From: Bacteriovoracia bacterium
Lineage (GTDB): Bacteria; Bdellovibrionota; Bacteriovoracia; Bacteriovoracales; Bacteriovoracaceae
Direction: 5' to 3'
DNA length: 64,000 nt
Assembly (NCBI GenBank): GCA_046570105.1
Contig: JBKHVI010000004.1
Span: forward strand, 43,591-107,590
Part shown: positions 50,809 through 58,141 of the stretch, piece by piece
Position numbering within the stretch: position 1 is the stretch's first letter
How the letters are laid out: the number at the start of each line of letters is the position of its first letter
Made by a program: the position numbers and the translations under genes
The notes under the pieces: generated by a model
Databases searched by the model: none
The model's input: the letters and a program-made list of their open reading frames with translations, nothing else
What the model was told of the DNA's origin: nothing

Positions 50809-50922
50809 ATGAAATATTTAGTTCTGACTGCAGCTTTAATGATGGCGATGAGTGCCATGGCTTGCCCAGGCGGCAAGGACAAAGAAGAAGATAAAGACGA
50901 GCGCATCACCGTTATTCGCTAG
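50809..50922 (+). CDS. Small secreted peptide (37 aa), not in the ORF track
   Basis: AAGGAGG RBS then MKYLVLTAALMMAMSAMACPGGKDKEEDKDERITVIR*; clear signal peptide. Confidence 0.75.
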   Translation: MKYLVLTAALMMAMSAMACPGGKDKEEDKDERITVIR

Positions 50923-50931
50923 TATCCACAC

Positions 50932-50960
50932 TGGAGAGCAGGACAAATACCTGCTCTCCA
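50932..50960 (+). terminator. Stem-loop after the small peptide gene
   Basis: Perfect 11-bp stem TGGAGAGCAGG-N7-CCTGCTCTCCA. Confidence 0.65.
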
Positions 50961-50975
50961 TCTTAAAATCTCCCC

Positions 50976-51575
50976 ATGATTCAAGAAATACAAAACGAGC
51001 TACAAAGCTACGGATGTCATACTATTATTTTTTACGGCTCAAGGGCCCGCGGAGATTACACTCCAGAAAGCGATTGGGATATCGTGGGTATTCGTGAGCC
51101 AGGCACTCCTGCACTTTGCCTCGCTCGAAAAGTGGGTGATCAATTTATTGATGCTTGGATTCATCCAGAAGATGACCTAGAAAATGTAGACGAATTTCTC
51201 AAACTCGTTGATGGAAAAATCCTTATTCAGAAAAACCAATTTGGCACAGACTTGATGCTTCGTATTCAAGAGCGAATCGCCAACCCGGATAAATTAACTG
51301 AGGACAAAAGAAACCAAATCCATGTGTGGTATCAAAAAACTTTAGAGCGTATTAAGCGTGATGATGCCGAAGCACTTTATCGTCGCACCTGGCTCCTAAA
51401 CTCACTGCTGCCCGACTATTTTATGTTGAGAGATCAGTGGTACCAAGGACCTAAGCTTGCGCTCCAGTGGCTTGCCACTCATGATTCTATGGCCTTTGAT
51501 TTGGCGACTCGTGCCATGAAGCCCGATGCATCATCGAAAGACTTGGAGAACTGGGTAAAAAAAGTGTTATGCTAG
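50976..51575 (+). CDS. Pol-beta-family nucleotidyltransferase with C-terminal helical domain
   Basis: YGSRARGD...SDWDI motif and a third Asp (FIDAW). Confidence 0.88.
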   Translation: MIQEIQNELQSYGCHTIIFYGSRARGDYTPESDWDIVGIREPGTPALCLARKVGDQFIDAWIHPEDDLENVDEFLKLVDGKILIQKNQFGTDLMLRIQERIANPDKLTEDKRNQIHVWYQKTLERIKRDDAEALYRRTWLLNSLLPDYFMLRDQWYQGPKLALQWLATHDSMAFDLATRAMKPDASSKDLENWVKKVLC

Positions 51576-51579
51576 CGCC

Positions 51580-52212
51580 ATGACTTATCAAAGTTTCAAT
51601 ACTGATGGCGCCTTCGCAGATAACTACAAGTTTTTAATTGGTAGTATTATTCCAAGACCTATTGCTGTTATCAGCACTACAAATGTAGATGGCTCCAATA
51701 ATCTTGCTCCTTTTTCATTTTTTACCGCTGTATCTGCCAAACCTATGATCATTGCTTTTAGCCCCATGGTTCGATCTCAAGATGGCTCACGCAAAGACAG
51801 CTTGATAAATATTGAACGCGAAAAAGAATTCGTGGTGAATTTCTGTACGTTAAAAAATTATGAGAAAGTAAATCTGGCTTCGACAGAACTTCCTTATGGC
51901 GAAGATGAATTCAAATTCGCCGGCCTCCACACTCTTAAAAGTGATTTGGTGAAAGCTCCACGTATGGCCGAATCCCCAGTACACTTCGAATGTCGCCTGC
52001 GTGATATTCTCTGCTATGGTACAACTCCCGGATCGGGCTCGCTCGTCACGGGTGAAGTTGTACGAGTCCACGTTGACCCTGCGATTATGAAAGATGGTAA
52101 AATCCAGACTAATTTACTCCAGGCCGTAGGCCGTGGAGCAGGCAATGATTGGTTTAAAACAGACTCTATATTTGAGCTCGAGCGCCTTATGAAGGCGCAG
52201 ATCCAGAAATAG
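51580..52212 (+). CDS. Flavin reductase family protein
   Basis: IIPRPIA, NLAPFSFF, KDSLINI, ESPVHFEC. Confidence 0.93.
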   Translation: MTYQSFNTDGAFADNYKFLIGSIIPRPIAVISTTNVDGSNNLAPFSFFTAVSAKPMIIAFSPMVRSQDGSRKDSLINIEREKEFVVNFCTLKNYEKVNLASTELPYGEDEFKFAGLHTLKSDLVKAPRMAESPVHFECRLRDILCYGTTPGSGSLVTGEVVRVHVDPAIMKDGKIQTNLLQAVGRGAGNDWFKTDSIFELERLMKAQIQK

Positions 52213-52268
52213 TCGGGCAAGTTTGTCCTCCTTTATTCAATCTATTTTAAATGGTTTAAAATCTTTGA

Positions 52269-52820
52269 ATGAGAAAGCACCTCATATTTTTGGTCGCAAC
52301 ATTCTTTTTATCCGGCTACGGCCCAGTGGATGTTTCTATGTGTGGCGCCAAGCCTGGTTTTCTGGCAAGCCTGCTCACAGATGCCAAAGAAATTCGAATT
52401 AAGTGCATTAATGACGCTTATGAGGCCAATAAAAATAAAGTTCTCGCTGAAGCGAATGAACTAGATAAGCTACAGAGAAAATTAGGTGATGAACTTAAGA
52501 AAGTAGCCTACACCTTCGACTATTCGATGATTCGTTGCTCTCCACCATCAGGATCTCCACAAAATCCTGCTCGTACGAAAAAGTGCCAAGAACTCAATGA
52601 GGCGCGTAACGCTGTGATTGATCGGATCGATAAGCTAATGGGATGGAAAGATCTCCCCTTGCCTGCCAAGCGCGAAGAAACCACCAATGCTCAAATTACT
52701 CCGCCATGTCCTTCTAAAGAGGATCTTAAAAAGATTCAAGTCGCGAGGGCCTTTAATAAAAGACTCTATGAGACTTGGGAACGCTGCGTGACGCTGCAGC
52801 CAGAAAACTTCTATAACTGA
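52269..52820 (+). CDS. Hypothetical secreted Cys-containing helical protein
   Basis: N-terminal hydrophobic segment ending LSGY; 6 Cys. Confidence 0.7.
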   Translation: MRKHLIFLVATFFLSGYGPVDVSMCGAKPGFLASLLTDAKEIRIKCINDAYEANKNKVLAEANELDKLQRKLGDELKKVAYTFDYSMIRCSPPSGSPQNPARTKKCQELNEARNAVIDRIDKLMGWKDLPLPAKREETTNAQITPPCPSKEDLKKIQVARAFNKRLYETWERCVTLQPENFYN

Positions 52821-52899
52821 AACTACGCATCAATCAATGAGCTTGTGAGGCGCTCGCAAGAGTCGCTAAAATGTCTGGGATTCACCAAAAGGGTTCCCC

Positions 52900-53427
52900 A
52901 TGACATTACTATTAAAACAGCTCTTCGGATTTTTTAAACTTCTCCACTCTGAAACTGGTAACAACCAACTTGCTTGGGGTGTGGCCTTAGGTTTCGTGTT
53001 AGGAATGACGCCAGCACTTTCGTTACAAAGTTTGCTCGTGTTCTTGTGCCTTTTCTTTTTTCGCATTCAAATCGGCGCAGCACTACTCTCAGCATTCTTT
53101 TTTAAATTCATCGCCTTCTTACTCGATCCAGCTTTTGATCTTGTTGGTCAGTGGGCACTCGAGTTACCTGCTTTGCAAGGCTTCTACACAGAACTTTACA
53201 ACATGCCGATTATTCCCTTCACACGCTTTAACAACTCAATCGTGATGGGTGCAGGAATATTAGCCTTTTGTTTGGTTCCATTTGTCTTAGCAGGTTCAAA
53301 ATGGGCCATCATTAAATACCGCAAATCAGTCGTCGAAAAATTCCGTGATACCAAACTCTTTAAGCTCTGGACAAAAACAGCGCTCTACCAGTGGTATTAC
53401 AAGTACGACACCTTCTTCGGAAACTAA
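52900..53427 (+). CDS. TIGR03546-family membrane protein
   Basis: QLAWGVALGFVLGMTP and YNMPIIPFTRFNNSIVMG; paired with the next gene. Confidence 0.85.
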   Translation: MTLLLKQLFGFFKLLHSETGNNQLAWGVALGFVLGMTPALSLQSLLVFLCLFFFRIQIGAALLSAFFFKFIAFLLDPAFDLVGQWALELPALQGFYTELYNMPIIPFTRFNNSIVMGAGILAFCLVPFVLAGSKWAIIKYRKSVVEKFRDTKLFKLWTKTALYQWYYKYDTFFGN

Positions 53428-53436
53428 GGACTCGCT

Positions 53437-55320
53437 ATGAATGATAAAGTAACAAAAGCTCCGAAGAAAAAAGGCCCGATTCGTTTTGAGGCGATTATAC
53501 CAGTCGCTGTTATTTACGTCGCAGCCTATGCCTATTTCGCTTGGTTTTTTGACCAACATCTTAAACAAGGTATTGAGTATGTCGCGACACAAGCTAATGG
53601 CGCTGAAGTAAACGTCGCTGCTGTCCGTACTAGTTTTTTGCGCGGAACATTTGATCTCGATGGCCTAGAAGTCACGGACAAAGAGCAGCCCACTCGCAAT
53701 ATTCTCTCTTTGGATAATGTTCACTTTGGTTATATGTGGGACGCACTTCTTCGCATGAAATTTGTAGTAGATGAAGCGAGTATCAACCAAGTTCAAGTTT
53801 ACTCGCCTCGCAAAAAAGCTGGATTCGTCTTACCTCCAGAGCCTGCGAAGCCATCTAAGCTTGATCAAATGCAGAAAGAAGTTATCTCCCAGGTTAAACA
53901 AGAATACGCCCAAAACATGCTAGGTGATCTCATTTCCCTTTTAGAAGGCGCTGACCCAAAAGATCAATTAGAGAAAATCCGCGAAGAACTTGCCTCAGAA
54001 AAACGAGTCAAAGAAATGATTGAGGACGTCAAAACCAAACAAGAGACTTGGGACAAAGACATCAAGCGTTTGACTGATACATCAAAGATTAAAGAACTAG
54101 AAAGTGAGATTCAAACGCTTAAAGGCGAGAAGAATGTCCTTAAGCAAGTCCAAGGCATTAAAGAAGTTACTGATAAACTGAAAGACATTCAAAAACAGGC
54201 GAAGGAAGCTCAAAAAGCTGGCAAAAAACTTGAAACAGAAATTCGCGCGGTGGCTGCCTATCCAAAAGAAGTTGAAGCACTCGTTAAAAATGACATTGCC
54301 TCACTTAAGAATCGCTTTCAAATTCCACAACTCGATGTGAAAGACATGGCGATGGCACTCTTCTCGAAAGAACTTGGCGGCTACATTTCTCAAGCGCGCA
54401 AGTATCAAGCACTCGCCAAACAATATTTACCCGAGAAGAAAGAACGTGAAGAGGTTCTTCCACCACCACGCTCAGTTGGAAAGTCTTATGAATTTCCAAT
54501 CACAAAAAGTTATCCCCTCTTTTGGCTCAAAAAAGCTGCCATCAGTTCAAAAGGCACGGCCGATAGTTACTCTGGCAATGTTACAGGTGAACTCACTAAC
54601 GTCACAACAAGTCCTAAATGGGTCAAGAAGCCCACCGTGCTTAATTTGCAAGGCGACTTCCCTGGTTCACAAGTTTTTGGGGTTAAAGCTACTTTGACAG
54701 CTGACTTCACTCGCGAAACGGCTCGCCAAATGCTTGATATGCGAGTCAATGAATTCGCTATTCCACCGCGTGATTTTTCTAAAAGTGATAAATTAAAATT
54801 TGGTCTCACTAAGGCAAGTGGCTCAACTGTCATCACGGCCCAACTACAAGAAGACCAAGTGGAAATGAAATGGATCGGAACGATCACTAAACCTCAGTGG
54901 CTAGTAGAAGCTAAATCAAAACTGGCACAAGAACTTCTCACTGGCATCGTCGACGGAATTCCAGTTGTTTTTATCAACGGATCAGTTGGTGGAACATGGA
55001 AGAACCTAGATATGAAGATCAACTCTAATCTAGGTGATGAGCTTGCTAATGGAATGAAAGAGCAAGTTGGCAAAAAAATCCAAGAAGCTGAAGGAAAGCT
55101 TAAAGCGATGGTGGATGAGAAAATTAAACTTCCACAGCAACAACTCATGTCACAGTTGAACACCAATGGAGATCTGCTTTCTCAGATTAAAAACATTGAT
55201 AAGTTTTACAAGAATAACGAAGACAAGATTAAGTCCGAGATCGCTAAGCTCCAGAAAGGCGGCGGAGCCGGCTCACTTAAAGACAAGGGTAAGAAGCTGC
55301 TTAAAGGTTTTAGCCTCTAA
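53437..55320 (+). CDS. TIGR03545-family protein
   Basis: KKGPIRFEA, N-terminal TM, NGAEVNV, central coiled coil, YPLFWLKK, INSNL. Confidence 0.85.
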   Translation: MNDKVTKAPKKKGPIRFEAIIPVAVIYVAAYAYFAWFFDQHLKQGIEYVATQANGAEVNVAAVRTSFLRGTFDLDGLEVTDKEQPTRNILSLDNVHFGYMWDALLRMKFVVDEASINQVQVYSPRKKAGFVLPPEPAKPSKLDQMQKEVISQVKQEYAQNMLGDLISLLEGADPKDQLEKIREELASEKRVKEMIEDVKTKQETWDKDIKRLTDTSKIKELESEIQTLKGEKNVLKQVQGIKEVTDKLKDIQKQAKEAQKAGKKLETEIRAVAAYPKEVEALVKNDIASLKNRFQIPQLDVKDMAMALFSKELGGYISQARKYQALAKQYLPEKKEREEVLPPPRSVGKSYEFPITKSYPLFWLKKAAISSKGTADSYSGNVTGELTNVTTSPKWVKKPTVLNLQGDFPGSQVFGVKATLTADFTRETARQMLDMRVNEFAIPPRDFSKSDKLKFGLTKASGSTVITAQLQEDQVEMKWIGTITKPQWLVEAKSKLAQELLTGIVDGIPVVFINGSVGGTWKNLDMKINSNLGDELANGMKEQVGKKIQEAEGKLKAMVDEKIKLPQQQLMSQLNTNGDLLSQIKNIDKFYKNNEDKIKSEIAKLQKGGGAGSLKDKGKKLLKGFSL

Positions 55321-55328
55321 AATAGTTT

Positions 55329-55358
55329 GCCCGGGTCAGCTGATCCGGGCTTTATTTT
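55329..55358 (+). terminator. Rho-independent terminator
   Basis: GCCCGGGTC-AGCT-GATCCGGGC followed by TTTATTTT. Confidence 0.75.
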
Positions 55359-55461
55359 CAGTATGTTAGCCACTCCTTCCTTCGTGATTTAAAGTAAGTT
55401 TTACCCGATATTCCCCGCACAATCCTTTATCGACCTAGAATTCCCCTCAAAAGGGAATGCG

Positions 55462-57309
55462 ATGTTGAGGTTTGTCATCATACTCATGGGGCTTATGAGT
55501 GCCGCTTTGGCGGGCGAACGTCCCGTTATGCGCGTCTCACCTGATGTCGCCCTCATGCTTGAGATGGATCTCATGATGCTCGAAGGCCTTGGGGGCCAAG
55601 TTCTCACTCATCCAGAACGCAAGACAGTCATCGAAGTCACATCATTTAGTCGAAAGGGTCTTCTGAACGAAAACCTATGCGACGATAGTGTGAGCAAAAC
55701 ATATGCACGCGTGAAGCACTGGTTTGGCAAATCAACGATTCAGATCAATGAGGAATTCATCCGCTTAGTGTATTCGCAACAAGGTATCTTTCCTTGTAAG
55801 CATGGATCATTTCGCCAATTTCTTACCGCAAGTTTATGGCATGAGCTAGGCCATGTCTGGGACAGGGAAAACGATTTCAGCACAGAAGGTCAGTACGCAG
55901 CCTTGATGGGTGGCGCTTCAGCCTTTAAATACAGTGAAAATCGTGCCGCTCCAAGTAGTCCAGATGCCTATGAACATAAAAACCTCAGAGAATCTTTTGC
56001 CGTCAATCTTGAATGGTTTCTTCTCGACTCCACCTTTGCTTGCAAGCGACCAGCGACTCAGGCCCTGCTGGAGAAAGCCTTGGGCTTTCGACCATTCAAC
56101 AATGAATGTGACTTAAACTGGAAACTCCTCACACAATCGGCTTACCCAGAAGATCACTACACACGAGTCTTTGATATTAATCCAGCACGTATCTATCAAG
56201 TTCATTATCTCTTTGCAGGCAAGGGCACCTCACTCATGAGTCGCTGGGGCCATGCCATGCTCAGACTTGTCGTCTGTGCCCCTCATCGTCAAACTCCAGG
56301 CCCTGAATGTATGCAGGACGTTTCTCATCATTTGGTCTTGAGTTACCGCGCATCAGTAGAGAATCCAGAAATCAGTCATTGGGATGGTTTAAGAGGGAAA
56401 TACCCTTCTCTCATGTTCATCTATCGCTTTCATGAAATTCTTCAGGAATACACGAAACAAGAATTACGTGAGCTATGGAGTATCCCTCTTCCGCTTGAGC
56501 GTGAGCAGATCGAGTTTTTCATGAAGGTGACACTTGAGCGTTTTTGGGGTTACCAAGCTAAGTACCTCTTTCTTAGCAACAACTGTGGCACAGAATCACT
56601 TCGTCACCTGACTGCTGTTGATGAAAAGTTATTTGATGAAATCGGAGACTTTACTCCTCTTCAACTATTTAGGGGTCTCTCTCGCCTCAGTGGCTTTGAA
56701 GAAATTAATAATCGTAAGGATGAACTTCAAACCAAGGGACTCTATTTCCCATCGCATCGACCTCTTTTAGAAGAAGCTGTGATGGCGCTCAATCAGTATG
56801 GGCTGACAAATAAAAAGAGCCTTAAAAAATTCCTAGAAACAAATCCAAAAGAAAGATTAACGGTTTACCAGAATTTCCTCTGGGAAGATCTAAGTATGCT
56901 TGATTCTCGGGCTGCACTTATGAGTCTGCAGTATCTCGAGCGTTATGCGAACTTGAACTACAATCTTAATCTTCTAAAAAATATAATGAAGAAGATTGAG
57001 AACAATGCTGAACTTAAAAAGTTAGTTGAGTCTGAAATTCAATCTTTCATGTCACTCTCACTGAGACCTTGGGAAATTGTTCGTGACAGCTATGGTGTTC
57101 CGTCGAGTGAAAGCTTCGAACAACAATTTGCAGAATACTTAGCTAAACGCCAAGTAGGAATGAATCAATCCAAGAGTGCGCTGGATGTATTGTTGCAACA
57201 TCCTCTTTTGAGACAAGAAGCAGACGACATTAAAAACCTAAAAGAAATTTCAGATATTATCACAATCGAACTTGCACGACCTATTTGGTATAGTCAGGAG
57301 GCCCTATGA
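55462..57309 (+). CDS. Secreted protein: N-terminal HExxH metallopeptidase-like domain + DUF4105 (Lnb_N-like) His/Cys domain
   Basis: Signal peptide; HELGH...SPDAYE..NLRESFAVNLEWF; SRWGHAMLR, GKYPS, EY...ELRELWS and YLFLSNNCGTE. Confidence 0.8.
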   Translation: MLRFVIILMGLMSAALAGERPVMRVSPDVALMLEMDLMMLEGLGGQVLTHPERKTVIEVTSFSRKGLLNENLCDDSVSKTYARVKHWFGKSTIQINEEFIRLVYSQQGIFPCKHGSFRQFLTASLWHELGHVWDRENDFSTEGQYAALMGGASAFKYSENRAAPSSPDAYEHKNLRESFAVNLEWFLLDSTFACKRPATQALLEKALGFRPFNNECDLNWKLLTQSAYPEDHYTRVFDINPARIYQVHYLFAGKGTSLMSRWGHAMLRLVVCAPHRQTPGPECMQDVSHHLVLSYRASVENPEISHWDGLRGKYPSLMFIYRFHEILQEYTKQELRELWSIPLPLEREQIEFFMKVTLERFWGYQAKYLFLSNNCGTESLRHLTAVDEKLFDEIGDFTPLQLFRGLSRLSGFEEINNRKDELQTKGLYFPSHRPLLEEAVMALNQYGLTNKKSLKKFLETNPKERLTVYQNFLWEDLSMLDSRAALMSLQYLERYANLNYNLNLLKNIMKKIENNAELKKLVESEIQSFMSLSLRPWEIVRDSYGVPSSESFEQQFAEYLAKRQVGMNQSKSALDVLLQHPLLRQEADDIKNLKEISDIITIELARPIWYSQEAL

Positions 57310-57743
57310 AAAAGATATTAGTTGTATGCTCACTACTTTTAGTGACATCCACTGTCTTTGCACAGAATCGTATCTCAGCTTATCTCATGTCACCTTTCGC
57401 ACTTGTCACTCGACTGGCCGAAACTGGCATTGTGGTGACATCGGCTGGAGTCCAAACACTCTTGGGCCCCTTTCTCACAACCAGAGCAACCTTAGAGGCT
57501 CGCGGAGTTGCAGGCCAAGAACAAATTAAAGATGAGCTTCTCGTCTTTGATAAAGACATGCGTTTAGGTCTTGTTGGTGACATCCAAGACATTCGCCAAC
57601 CAGGAATTCGTGAGCTCTTTGAAGAAATCTCACGTGATGAAGAAGAGTTGAAACGCATTCATAACTTCTATCCTGAAGGTTCACTCATTTTGAAACTATC
57701 GACCATTATTACTCTTAAGCTTTTTATTAAGGAGCACTTATGA
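57306..57743 (+). CDS. Secreted small protein, paralog 1 (DUF2388-like by context)
   Basis: Signal peptide VFA/Q; ATGA overlap; clearly paralogous to 57740-58141. Confidence 0.75.
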   Translation: MKKILVVCSLLLVTSTVFAQNRISAYLMSPFALVTRLAETGIVVTSAGVQTLLGPFLTTRATLEARGVAGQEQIKDELLVFDKDMRLGLVGDIQDIRQPGIRELFEEISRDEEELKRIHNFYPEGSLILKLSTIITLKLFIKEHL

Positions 57744-58141
57744 AATATCTTTTGTTGTCGCTTTTCATTGCCAGCAATGTTTTCGCTCAAGTTGATGGCT
57801 GGTACATCTCTATGGAGTTGTCGCTATCACCATTTATCATGACTCGTGACTCTACTCGTGCCGTCGGCGATCTCTCGGCTCGCCTATTTAATGGCATCCA
57901 GAACCGTGGTGTCGGTGGTGTTGAGCAGTTGCGTGATGATTTGTATGCCTACGATCAAGACTTACGGGCCGGACTTGTAAAAGACTTTGGCGACATTCGC
58001 CAAGCGGCTTTAAAGGAACTGGTATTGGAAGTAATTAACGATAAAGAAGTGCTAGCTGAGATCGAAGGAAAGTTCGACCAAGGCACAACGGCTGACAAAG
58101 TTATTGCAGCCATCGGCCTTGGTCTATTTCAAAAAAACTAG
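57740..58141 (+). CDS. Secreted small protein, paralog 2 (DUF2388-like by context)
   Basis: AAGGAG RBS; signal peptide VFA/Q; shares RGVxGxEQ and GLVxDxxDIRQ with paralog 1. Confidence 0.75.
   Translation: MKYLLLSLFIASNVFAQVDGWYISMELSLSPFIMTRDSTRAVGDLSARLFNGIQNRGVGGVEQLRDDLYAYDQDLRAGLVKDFGDIRQAALKELVLEVINDKEVLAEIEGKFDQGTTADKVIAAIGLGLFQKN

Noticed and set aside
50852..51097. 81-aa plus-strand ORF in the track
   Set aside because: No RBS; it overlaps the better-supported 37-aa peptide gene, a hairpin and the nucleotidyltransferase start.
40126..55358. Hairpins at 40126, 47450, 50932 and 55329 as one REP family
   Set aside because: They share no sequence and each follows a stop codon, which fits terminators.
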